Below are positions 9,063 through 17,414 of a stretch of DNA of 20,000 nt, piece after piece. A program made the translations under genes and the position numbers. The stretch is from the sequence record DRR378314_1512, one strand, 5' to 3'. Numbering within the stretch: position 1 is the stretch's first letter; every line of letters begins with the position of its first letter. The notes under the pieces are model-generated. The model did not search any database and was not told the origin of the DNA. It worked only from the letters and a program-made list of their open reading frames with translations.

Positions 9063-10252
9063 GCACCCAGTGCTTTCACCGCAGCGCTGAACGGATCAAC
9101 CGGCATATCGTAAACGCCGCCTCCCAACCGTCCGGCCTGACCCATCCGATCAAGGATACCCAATCCAATTGCCGGACCTGATCCTTGCGCCACTGCACCG
9201 CGCGCGGTCGAACCAAGCCGAATATCCAACGCGCGGAAATAGGGATGAGCACCGGCTGAAAGGCCAGTCATGCGGGCCTCGGAATTGCCGGGCAGATAGG
9301 CACCAAGTGTCTTTTTCTGTTCCGGGCTAAGCTCGATAGCCATGGCGCCCAGACCAAAAGCCTCGACCACGGCGCTGTCCCCGATTGCGCCAAGGGCGCG
9401 ATCTTGGGGCAAGTCTGTATCGAAACGCCCCTTGGGCGGTGTTGCCGGAACTGTAAACCATTGTCCGGGCAGGCCCGAGATCTGGATACCAACCTCTTGC
9501 CCATTTCCACCCGCCGCAGTGACAAAACTGGAGCCTTCGACCCCTTCAGCAAGTTTCATCATCAACTTTGTCGCTGCCATCCAGAGATTGAGGAACAACG
9601 AAGGTGAGCTTTCCATGAATTCCAGCGCTTCTTCGTCGCGAATACCGCCGATTGTGCGGTCCTTCAGCTCAGCAACCAACGCTTTGCCTGCGATTGGGGT
9701 GCGCCCGTGACAATCATCACCGCCCATCAGGCCCTCGACGGCCAGCGGAACCAGAGCGATCCCTTCTGCCATACCATTCTGCAAAACATCCAGAAAGCGT
9801 GTGTTCAGCCAGCGAATGTGTTCAAGCACAGCCTCTGACCGTAGACCCAACCGCAAGGACGGGCGTGCGCCGCCATTGATTGGTGCAAAAACCCGCGTCT
9901 GACCGCGCCAAGCATCATAAACTGTGTGCAGTGGCATCGAGGCTGAAACCACGGCCGCCAACGGCGTGACAACATCGTGATCCTGTGCCGGACGCATCTT
10001 AATTTCACCTGCCATGATCATGGCTTCGGCTTGATCAAAATCCCGGGCCAGTCCTTCCCAGACCGCCGAAACACACGCCGAGTTCAGGATAGGGGCAGTA
10101 ATTTGAGCGGGGCTGGAAAACGCCGGACCGGCGTGCAGCAGCACATTGTCAGCCAGCCCAACCGCGTCGGCTGCGGAATTGAAACGGTTCCAGACCGGTT
10201 GTGTGACCATCGCGCGGTCGAATGCCAACTGATCGGCAGGGTGCAGGGTCAT
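9059..10252 (-). CDS. DUF1116 (YlbE/YahG, AllG-like) protein
   Basis: LLHAGP, WEGLA, LRLG...V..H.RW, GDDCHGR, FLNLWMA, GGNG..VGIQISG..WF and GDSAVVE.FGLGA match my recollection of DUF1116 motifs. ATGA overlaps on both sides. Confidence 0.8.
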   Translation of the reverse strand: MTLHPADQLAFDRAMVTQPVWNRFNSAADAVGLADNVLLHAGPAFSSPAQITAPILNSACVSAVWEGLARDFDQAEAMIMAGEIKMRPAQDHDVVTPLAAVVSASMPLHTVYDAWRGQTRVFAPINGGARPSLRLGLRSEAVLEHIRWLNTRFLDVLQNGMAEGIALVPLAVEGLMGGDDCHGRTPIAGKALVAELKDRTIGGIRDEEALEFMESSPSLFLNLWMAATKLMMKLAEGVEGSSFVTAAGGNGQEVGIQISGLPGQWFTVPATPPKGRFDTDLPQDRALGAIGDSAVVEAFGLGAMAIELSPEQKKTLGAYLPGNSEARMTGLSAGAHPYFRALDIRLGSTARGAVAQGSGPAIGLGILDRMGQAGRLGGGVYDMPVDPFSAAVKALGA

Positions 10253-10875
10253 GATCCCTCCGGCGGGATGATCCAGGTTTCTGAGAAGTAGAGAAACGCA
10301 GTTGTAGTCTCATACCCGGCCTGCACTCGCGTGCCCAGCTTGCCCGGCAGTGCGCGGCCATTGACGATGATCTGGGCCGAATGGGCAGGGACCAGCAGCG
10401 AGAACATGTTTTGTTCGCCTGACGCGACCTCATGCGGGGATAACTCCAACGCGCGGGGTGGTTCAAAACCTTCCCAAACCAATTCAACCGTCAGAGTGCC
10501 GCCTGAAATCGTTTCGGTGTAGCGGTGGCTCATGGGGTCGCCCGAGCTGCGTACGGCCTGAGCTCCGATTTCCGGCAGAGTGGCAAAAGACGGTGCATTG
10601 GCGAATGCGGCCAGTTTGCTGATAAAATTCATTTTCAGGAACGAGGTTAGGTCAGGATTGTCGCTGAGAATGACGTTTGGTGCCTCGGGTGGTCCATCAA
10701 CCTGATCAGGTGATCCCAATAACAGCAACACCTGCCCTTGACCGACTGGCGACCAAGCAACGCGAAAGAAAAGCGCCATGGCGCTGAAATTGTCGTTCTC
10801 ATCCTTAAGAAGGATACCAGGGTTTTCACCGGTCCAGTCGACAACACCTGGGGTGATTGGTTCGTTCAGGGGCAT
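10249..10875 (-). CDS. Hypothetical protein, paralogue A of tandem pair (DWxGENPGI...AFLxFSETW)
   Basis: 208-aa ORF with TGATG overlap upstream and ATGA overlap downstream; colinear similarity to the adjacent ORF. Confidence 0.85.
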   Translation of the reverse strand: MPLNEPITPGVVDWTGENPGILLKDENDNFSAMALFFRVAWSPVGQGQVLLLLGSPDQVDGPPEAPNVILSDNPDLTSFLKMNFISKLAAFANAPSFATLPEIGAQAVRSSGDPMSHRYTETISGGTLTVELVWEGFEPPRALELSPHEVASGEQNMFSLLVPAHSAQIIVNGRALPGKLGTRVQAGYETTTAFLYFSETWIIPPEGS

Positions 10876-11507
10876 CAGTCGTCCTCCGCTGGAGTGACCC
10901 AGGTTTCCGAGAAGGCCAGAAAGGCCGTGCTCATCGTGCGGCCAAAGAACTGGCGATCTGCCACCTGACCGGGCAGGGCGGTGCCGTTGATCCTGATCTG
11001 CGCCTGCTTGGCTTCAAGAAATACGGAATACATCTCGTGCTCTTTGGTGGCCGAATTTTCGCGGGTCACTTCAACCGGCAGCGGCGGCCCCATATCCTGC
11101 CAGATCATTTCCAGTGTCACGCCCGAACCACGCAGGGTTTCCGAATAGCGTGTCTTGAGGTCGCCGGGCCGCTTTTCAACGCTGTCACAATCCAGCCACG
11201 TCATGGCTTGCAGTCCGGGTTTGCCGACGAAGGTCGGCATCTTGGTGACCCAGCCGTCGACGATCCAGCGCATCATGCGCTGGTTGTCGGTCATGATCAG
11301 GTTGGGGACATTCGGCCAGCCGCTGGCTTCATCTGGGGCGCCAAGTACGATGGCGGCATGGCCACGCCCATATGGCGACAAAACCACGCGAAAAAACAAA
11401 GCCAACGTATCGTAATGCGTCTGATCGGGCTGTTGTTTGAGGTATATGCCTGGGTTCTCGCCCGACCAATCAACTCGGCCCGGGTTGTGGGGAATGCGCG
11501 TGTTCAT
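10875..11507 (-). CDS. Hypothetical protein, paralogue B of tandem pair
   Basis: ATG at 11507 overlaps the Rieske gene stop (ATGA); shares motifs along its length with 10249..10875. Confidence 0.85.
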   Translation of the reverse strand: MNTRIPHNPGRVDWSGENPGIYLKQQPDQTHYDTLALFFRVVLSPYGRGHAAIVLGAPDEASGWPNVPNLIMTDNQRMMRWIVDGWVTKMPTFVGKPGLQAMTWLDCDSVEKRPGDLKTRYSETLRGSGVTLEMIWQDMGPPLPVEVTRENSATKEHEMYSVFLEAKQAQIRINGTALPGQVADRQFFGRTMSTAFLAFSETWVTPAEDD

Positions 11508-12886
11508 GACCAACCTGCCTCATATTCCTTCAATGCGACTTCGATAAAGGCGCGACGCTCAGACCCCTGCAAATGGTCGCCGGACTTCAGGATATCTGCG
11601 ACCTTGAACGAGACTTCTTTTTGCAAGGCGCCATCATCGCGCCCCTCCTGCAACGGGATTTTCAGCACGGTATCACCCGCATATGTCGGGATAACGCCAC
11701 TGAAGTTGTCAGTCGGCTGCTCGGGCGGTGTTCCGTCCTGAAGTGCGCGAATTGCGTTGCGCAGCATCCGGCGCGCCTTGGCCACTCCCCGGTCAGTAAA
11801 GGACAGGTTCTCGCGGGCATGGATGTTGATCGGTCCCTGACTGACCCAGGCATCATAATCGCCCGGATCGCGCTGCCGCATTTCATAGGGGCGATCGGGC
11901 CCCTGGCCGTAAAAGTCTGTTGTGCCAAAGCCAACCTCATCGCGATTGGTCATGCCGCGTGGGTCATCGTTGAACCGCTCTTCCCGAAAGTGACGCCACG
12001 CGATGACCATGGTGTTGGTGTCATCAATCGGAGTAATCCACCGTGTCAGGCCGCCCCGCCCAAAATACCGAGAGCGATCGGGGATCGGAAAATGACCACC
12101 ATTCTGAGTGAACGAGGGCAGCATGTGATCATGCACCCGCACCCAGATGAAATCACCATCCCGGCGCACGTTTGTGTAAAAATCGCCGGTCTGACTGTCA
12201 TGGAACTCAATCATAGGCATATGTGCGAATGCTTCGTGGAATTGCACCCGCGCCGCCTTGGTATGCAAATAGACCACGTGAAACGGGTCCCATGCGTTTT
12301 CCATCACCTGCAACCAGTTACAGGGCGACTTGATGAGGTAAGGCACCAGTTCATCACCTTCGTCGTCGAATGTATCCATGACTGGGAAAGGGGGCGTTTT
12401 ATCCGCAGGCCCCATATAAGCAAAAGCCAGCCCCTTATATTCGACGATCGGGTAGGCACCCAGACATGCTTTTTTCTTGACCTGGGAAGCCGGGGGCTCG
12501 CATGGCGTTTCCAAAACGGTCCCATCGAGACCATATTTCCAGCCGTGGTAGGAACAGCGGATCCCGCCCTCTTCCACGATGCCAAATTCCAAGCTCATGT
12601 TTCGGTGGCAGCAATGCAGATGGGTACATCCCAGATTGCCGTCTTTCTTTTCGCGAAACAGGATCAGATCTTCGCCCAGAATGCGGATGCGATAAGGAAG
12701 ATCGCCGATCTGGTCAGTCATCGCAACGGGCATCCAGAACCGGCGCAGATATTCGCCGCAGGGTGTGCCTGGGCCAACCTCGGTCAGTTCCGGGTCGTAG
12801 CTTTCTGACCAGACACCTTGTTGATCATGACCGCGAAAGTTTCCTGCGGGGATTTCGAATGGGCTGTTCTCAGGTGGCTTAGTCAT
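11504..12886 (-). CDS. Rieske aromatic/heteroaromatic oxygenase alpha subunit, phthalate 4,5-dioxygenase/CbaA-like
   Basis: LTEVGPGTPCGEYLRRFWMPV N-terminus; Rieske ligands CCH...CSYHGW; mononuclear Fe site ENAWDPFHVVYLH. ATG 12886 has a GGAAGG RBS; the ORF is open to 12907. Confidence 0.9.
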   Translation of the reverse strand: MTKPPENSPFEIPAGNFRGHDQQGVWSESYDPELTEVGPGTPCGEYLRRFWMPVAMTDQIGDLPYRIRILGEDLILFREKKDGNLGCTHLHCCHRNMSLEFGIVEEGGIRCSYHGWKYGLDGTVLETPCEPPASQVKKKACLGAYPIVEYKGLAFAYMGPADKTPPFPVMDTFDDEGDELVPYLIKSPCNWLQVMENAWDPFHVVYLHTKAARVQFHEAFAHMPMIEFHDSQTGDFYTNVRRDGDFIWVRVHDHMLPSFTQNGGHFPIPDRSRYFGRGGLTRWITPIDDTNTMVIAWRHFREERFNDDPRGMTNRDEVGFGTTDFYGQGPDRPYEMRQRDPGDYDAWVSQGPINIHARENLSFTDRGVAKARRMLRNAIRALQDGTPPEQPTDNFSGVIPTYAGDTVLKIPLQEGRDDGALQKEVSFKVADILKSGDHLQGSERRAFIEVALKEYEAGWS

Positions 12887-13029
12887 TTGGGCCTTCCGGT
12901 GATGCATGCCATATGTGCCTGGCTTCGGCTTTCAGATGCGGCTCAGGGCTTCGTGCAATTTTGGGCGAAGCGAACCCGAAAAAGTGTTTTTGCCTGGGCA
13001 ATCGGGCTGCGCAATATTTATCATATTTA

Positions 13030-13057
13030 ATTATTGATAGTATATGTCACATGTCAA
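13030..13057 (-). promoter_or_regulatory. Probable sigma70 promoter of the Rieske operon
   Basis: On the minus strand, TTGACA (13057-13052), 16-nt spacer, AATAAT (13035-13030), in a very AT-rich stretch (about 13013-13071). Confidence 0.55.
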
Positions 13058-13158
13058 ATAGTTATTTATTGAAGCGCCATCCAGAGACCAGAACCCGTAT
13101 CCATTTCGTTTCAATCGGTGGCCTTGTGGTTGCGTGTGCACCACAGAGCCCGGGACAT

Positions 13159-14619
13159 TCAGGGGAACGGATCGGGTACTGGGCTAGAGCCGGTCCAGAC
13201 AGACTTAACCTGAAGGAAATCACTGATCGCGTCGGGCCCCAACTCTCGCCCGTATCCCGATAGTTTGATGCCACCAATCGGACTGCCGGGATCTACGCTG
13301 CGGTAGTGATTGATATATACTGTCCCGGAACATAGTGCGTCAGATACGCGGGCGGCCTTGGCGGTATCTGTGGTCCAAATTCCTGCAGCCAGCCCATAGT
13401 CGCTGTCATTGGCCAGCGCGATGGCTTCGTCCTCTGACTCGAATGTTGCGACACAAAGTACAGGGCCAAATACTTCTTCGCGCCAAATCTCCATATCCTG
13501 AGAAACCTGATCGAATATCGTCGCGCCGACATAGTACCCGGTAAGTCCTTTCACTGTTTCAGTGCCGTCCAACAAACACCTGGCCCCATCAAGCTTTGCC
13601 TGTTCGATCATTGCCGTGACCTTGCGCAAATGTGGTTCGTTGGCAAGCGGCGCAATCTGTGTGGACGGATCCAAGGGGTCTCCGGGCTTCAGGGGGCGGG
13701 CCCGTTCCAGCAACCGCGATATCAACTTATCCTTGATGGATGCCTGGACAATCAATCTTGATCCGGCGACGCAGGTCTGCCCATTGGACAGAAAAATTCC
13801 CGACAGGACACCATTAACCGCGACATCCAAATCACAGTCGTCGAATACGACCTGGGGCGACTTACCGCCGAGTTCGAGCGTGGTAGGGACCACATTGTCC
13901 GAGGCCGCATTTGCCACTTTGCGCCCCCCCATATCCGACCCCGTGAAGGTCACCTTGCGCGTCAGAGGATGCCTCACCAGCGCTTCCCCGACCTCATGGC
14001 CAAACCCGGTTAAGACGTTTAGCACGCCGGGCGGAAGGCCCGCCTCATGTGCCAGTCGCGCGAATTCCAGAGTTGAGGCCGAAGCCATCTCTGATGGTTT
14101 CACCACAACCGTATTCCCAGCGGCCAGCGCCGGGGCCAGTTTCCAGGCCAGAATCATCAAAGGTGAATTCCACGGCGTAATCGCGACGACCACACCGTAG
14201 GGCATCCAATGCCCAACACTGGTGACGCCGGGAATGGAATTGTTCTGGGGAACGGGGGCCAGTTTCCGCGCCTCGGCAGCAAAATGACGATACCAGCTGT
14301 GTAACCCCGAGAACTGACCGCGTACTTCAGTGATGCGCTTGCCGTTATCCATAATTTCTGGCTCGACCAGCTCTTCCCAACGCTGTTCCAGCACATCGGC
14401 GAGAGCGTCGAGTTTGTCGGCGCGCCCCTCTGCACTCAGCGCGGCCCATTGGCCCTGTCTGAACGCACGGTCCGCGTCCCGGATTGCGGCATCAGCATCA
14501 GCGGCGTTACATCTGGCGATAAGGCTCCATTCCCGACCCGAAGCCGGGTTGACGCTGGGAATTGTCTCGCCTGTCCATTGTTGAAATTCACCTGAAACAA
14601 ACGGTGTGTATGCTCGCAT
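13159..14619 (-). CDS. NAD(P)+-dependent aldehyde dehydrogenase
   Basis: ITPWNSP, KPSE, FTGS, LELGGKSP (Glu), NGQTCVAG (Cys) and EEVFGP. The start abuts the upstream stop, with an AAGGAAGG RBS. Confidence 0.95.
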   Translation of the reverse strand: MRAYTPFVSGEFQQWTGETIPSVNPASGREWSLIARCNAADADAAIRDADRAFRQGQWAALSAEGRADKLDALADVLEQRWEELVEPEIMDNGKRITEVRGQFSGLHSWYRHFAAEARKLAPVPQNNSIPGVTSVGHWMPYGVVVAITPWNSPLMILAWKLAPALAAGNTVVVKPSEMASASTLEFARLAHEAGLPPGVLNVLTGFGHEVGEALVRHPLTRKVTFTGSDMGGRKVANAASDNVVPTTLELGGKSPQVVFDDCDLDVAVNGVLSGIFLSNGQTCVAGSRLIVQASIKDKLISRLLERARPLKPGDPLDPSTQIAPLANEPHLRKVTAMIEQAKLDGARCLLDGTETVKGLTGYYVGATIFDQVSQDMEIWREEVFGPVLCVATFESEDEAIALANDSDYGLAAGIWTTDTAKAARVSDALCSGTVYINHYRSVDPGSPIGGIKLSGYGRELGPDAISDFLQVKSVWTGSSPVPDPFP

Positions 14620-15642
14620 TCAAGACCCTTCCTTAACACTCTGCGCTACAAGAGCCAGCAAATCACCCCGACGCACCAACCCACGATTTCCATGTGCCAA
14701 CACAAAGCCGTTGTTGGAAAAGTTCAGCTCCACAGCCGGCCGACCCGGAGTATCCGGGAAACGGAGATGACCAGCGACTTCACCGGCCTGTACGCCTTGC
14801 CCGGCTGAGACCTGCCGATCGAAAATGCCGCCCTCAGGAGCGTATAACGAGTCAAACGGCGACAAGACTTCGACGCAGCGCGCTGGTCTTGAGGCAGGGT
14901 AGCGGTTTTCTACAAGCCCAAGATGCGCCAAGCATCGCATCAAGCCTGTTTCTGTGGCATCCACAATTTCGGGCGTGATATTACCGCCTCCACCCAATTC
15001 GGCAGCGATCATCGGCACGCCAGCACGTTCTGCGGCAGCGTTGACTGAACGATTGTCGTTGTGCTTTCCCAACATCCAGATCAGGGGCAGCCCGAAGATG
15101 TTGGCCAGATCAAGGTTCGTCTGGGCCAAGTCCGGATCTGCGCAGCGCGTGGCAAGAGCGCAAGGGGCAAAGACCGATGCCTTCCCACCGGAATGCAAAT
15201 CGATCACCGCGTCGCAGCGAGGAAGCAGCACGGTTTCAACATAATGTGCCAGCATGGCGGTTGGTCCGCCATCAGGATCACCAGGGAAAGCGCGGTTCAG
15301 GTTTTGTCCGTCCAGCGGCGAAACACGTGAAGATTCCGCAACTGCGGGTGCATTCAGGGCGGGGATCAGGATGATCTGCCCGTTAAGTTCGGCCGGGTCC
15401 AGGTGTTCAGCTAGGCGCAGTATTGCGGCTGGGCCCTCGAACTCATCCCCATGCGTGCCACCAAGCATCAAGACAGTCGGACCAGCACCGCCACGCAAGC
15501 TGACGATCGGAACAGGGTGATAGCCAAGAGGGACGGAGTTGTCTGACCATTTCAACATTAGATCCCCGACCTGCTTGCCGGGCAAATCCAGATCTATGGT
15601 CGCGCTCAGTCTGCTGGGCTGGTTTGATGGAGTCAGGCTCAT
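14620..15642 (-). CDS. Succinylglutamate desuccinylase/aspartoacylase (AstE/AspA, M14) family N-acyl amino acid deacylase, DoeB-like
   Basis: GGTHGDEFEG (HxxE), NLNRAFPG, IDLHSGG and AELGGG. Confidence 0.88.
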   Translation of the reverse strand: MSLTPSNQPSRLSATIDLDLPGKQVGDLMLKWSDNSVPLGYHPVPIVSLRGGAGPTVLMLGGTHGDEFEGPAAILRLAEHLDPAELNGQIILIPALNAPAVAESSRVSPLDGQNLNRAFPGDPDGGPTAMLAHYVETVLLPRCDAVIDLHSGGKASVFAPCALATRCADPDLAQTNLDLANIFGLPLIWMLGKHNDNRSVNAAAERAGVPMIAAELGGGGNITPEIVDATETGLMRCLAHLGLVENRYPASRPARCVEVLSPFDSLYAPEGGIFDRQVSAGQGVQAGEVAGHLRFPDTPGRPAVELNFSNNGFVLAHGNRGLVRRGDLLALVAQSVKEGS

Positions 15643-15676
15643 GACTTGTCCTTCGCTCGGTGTATTACTTCTATAT

Positions 15677-15728
15677 CATAATAATTATGCAAGTGAATTG
15701 GCATACAACAAAAAATATGTGATATAAT
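15677..15728. promoter_or_regulatory. Divergent promoter region: palindrome plus extended -10
   Basis: Perfect palindrome CATAAT-A-ATTATG at 15677-15689; TG-a-TATAAT extended -10 at 15720-15728 facing the aminotransferase. Confidence 0.5.
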
Positions 15729-15768
15729 AGATGAGCGCGTAACAATTAAGCCGTATCAGGATAAATTC

Positions 15769-16863
15769 ATGGTCATAGCCAGGGCAAAATCGGGAATAGA
15801 TAAAATTCGGCCGCACATGGTGGGCGCACCGATTGAGGACGGATCACCTGCGTCCATCCTTCTGAATTCGAATGAAAGCGTTTACGGGCCCAGCCCAAAT
15901 GCGCGTGCGGCGGCGCGCGCTGCCATGAGCGAAATCGAACGCTATCTCGAAAATCCCGACCGGCTTTTGACGCCAGCGATCGGGGCGCATTTTGGTTTGG
16001 ACGAATCCCGAATTACAACTGGGCAAGGCTCGGATGATTTGTTGGCACGTCTGGCCAGGGCCTATCTGGGACCTGGTACTGAGTTAATCCGAAGCGCCAA
16101 CGGATATCTGAAAGTTCCCAACTACGTCTATGCGAATGATGCTGATGTGATTTCGGTCCCGGATGAGGGTTTCAAGCCATCGGTTGACCAAATGATTGCG
16201 GCCCTTAGCGAACGAACGCGCATCGTTTATCTCGCCAACCCAGAAAATCCCGCCGGAACCTATCTGAATGGGGCTGAGGCGAGGCGGTTACACGCCGCGT
16301 TACCCGAAGATGTATTGCTGGTGATTGATGCGGCATATGAAGAATATGTCGACGCCGACGACTATGAGCCTGCGCACAAGTTGGTGGAAGAGGCAGGCAA
16401 TGTTGTCATGTGCAGGACGTTTTCCAAGATCTATGGGCTGGCCGGGGCGCGGGTTGGATGGATGTTCGGCCCACCGGACATATTGGACAGTGTTCGCCGG
16501 ATTGCTTTAACCTTTCCAGTTGCATCACCGTCGGCAGTAGCGGCGATTGCGGCACTGGAAGATCAGGCGCATACACGGTTCGTATATGAAGCCAATCGGT
16601 GCGGTCGCAATTGGCTTTCATCGGAGATGCAGGCATTGGGTCTGACGATTGTGCCCAGTCAGGCCAATTTCCTTTTGGTTCATTTCCCCGACCCGGTGAA
16701 ATCGGCCAAAGCGGTTGACCTGTTCTTGCGCCGGAAAGGCATCGCAGTGCGGCGCCTCGCATCACCCGCTTACAAGGATTATATTCGCATTACGATTGGG
16801 CGACCTCACGAACTGCAAGCTGTGCGCAATGGGATCGCCGAATTTCTGAATGGGCGAAGCTGA
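15769..16863 (+). CDS. HisC-family (class I/II PLP) aminotransferase
   Basis: LNSNES.YGPSP, GQGSDDL, ANPENPAG, DAAYEEY, RTFSKIYGLAGARVGW (PLP Lys), PSQANF and RITIG. No his genes nearby, so probably not biosynthetic hisC. Confidence 0.9.
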   Translation: MVIARAKSGIDKIRPHMVGAPIEDGSPASILLNSNESVYGPSPNARAAARAAMSEIERYLENPDRLLTPAIGAHFGLDESRITTGQGSDDLLARLARAYLGPGTELIRSANGYLKVPNYVYANDADVISVPDEGFKPSVDQMIAALSERTRIVYLANPENPAGTYLNGAEARRLHAALPEDVLLVIDAAYEEYVDADDYEPAHKLVEEAGNVVMCRTFSKIYGLAGARVGWMFGPPDILDSVRRIALTFPVASPSAVAAIAALEDQAHTRFVYEANRCGRNWLSSEMQALGLTIVPSQANFLLVHFPDPVKSAKAVDLFLRRKGIAVRRLASPAYKDYIRITIGRPHELQAVRNGIAEFLNGRS

Positions 16864-17414
16864 TGGGCGCGTCTCCTCAACCAGCCGCAAGTTCTTCGAC
16901 CGAAGTGGCCTTTCCTTCCGGCGCCGGTATCATCGCCCGGATTAAAGAGGCTGGAATTCGTGAAATTGTGGCCCTTCCCGACATCGTAACCAGTGACGGT
17001 TTGCTTTGGCCCATTTCGGTAGATCCTGATTTTCGTTTGACCCGTATCTGCAAAGAGGACGAAGGCGTCAGTATTTGTGGGGCGATGTCATACAATGGCA
17101 CCCGGGCGTTGTTGATGATGCAGCAGACCGGGCTGATGGATTCACTGAATGCCATTCGCGCAATCGGCGTGGATTATGAGCTGCCTATCGTGATGATGGT
17201 CGGGTTGCAGGGGAAAGAGCCGCATGTGAAGCCTGACCAGTCAGCCTCATACGGGGTGCGGATTATCCGGCCGGTTCTGGATGCGATGGCCATATCGCAT
17301 TCTCTGATCGAAGAACCCGAAGATATCGACCACATCCCGCAGGCTGTCGAAGCGGCCTACGCAGGATCGCGCCCTCATATTTTCTTAATCGGCCGGAGCC
17401 CGGAGGCACCATGA
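16863..17414 (+). CDS. ThDP-dependent decarboxylase alpha (PYR) subunit, ComD/phosphonopyruvate-decarboxylase-like
   Basis: KEDEGVSIC (catalytic Glu), MQQTGLMDSLNA and LPIVMMVG. TGATG overlap with the aminotransferase. Confidence 0.8.
   Translation: MGASPQPAASSSTEVAFPSGAGIIARIKEAGIREIVALPDIVTSDGLLWPISVDPDFRLTRICKEDEGVSICGAMSYNGTRALLMMQQTGLMDSLNAIRAIGVDYELPIVMMVGLQGKEPHVKPDQSASYGVRIIRPVLDAMAISHSLIEEPEDIDHIPQAVEAAYAGSRPHIFLIGRSPEAP

Noticed and set aside
10857-11741. 294-aa plus-strand ORF
   Set aside because: Antisense to paralogue B and the Rieske 3' end, which are supported by coupled junctions and paralogy.
11573-12808. 411-aa plus-strand ORF
   Set aside because: Entirely antisense to the well-supported Rieske gene and has no recognisable motif; a typical shadow ORF in GC-rich DNA.
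13124-13145. Imperfect hairpin (TGTGGTTGC...GCACCACA) after the ALDH stop
   Set aside because: Bulged stem without a U-tract; not supportable as a terminator.
12913-13263. 116-aa ORF spanning the Rieske-ALDH intergenic region
   Set aside because: Crosses the AT-rich promoter and overlaps ALDH antisense; no coding features.
14620-15642. Calling an ectoine degradation (doe/eut) cluster
   Set aside because: Only a DoeB-like deacylase and an ALDH are present; no DoeA hydrolase, class III DoeD aminotransferase or ectoine transporter in the window.
15769-16863. Assigning the symbol hisC (histidine biosynthesis)
   Set aside because: Family match only; it is coupled to a decarboxylase and has no his neighbours.
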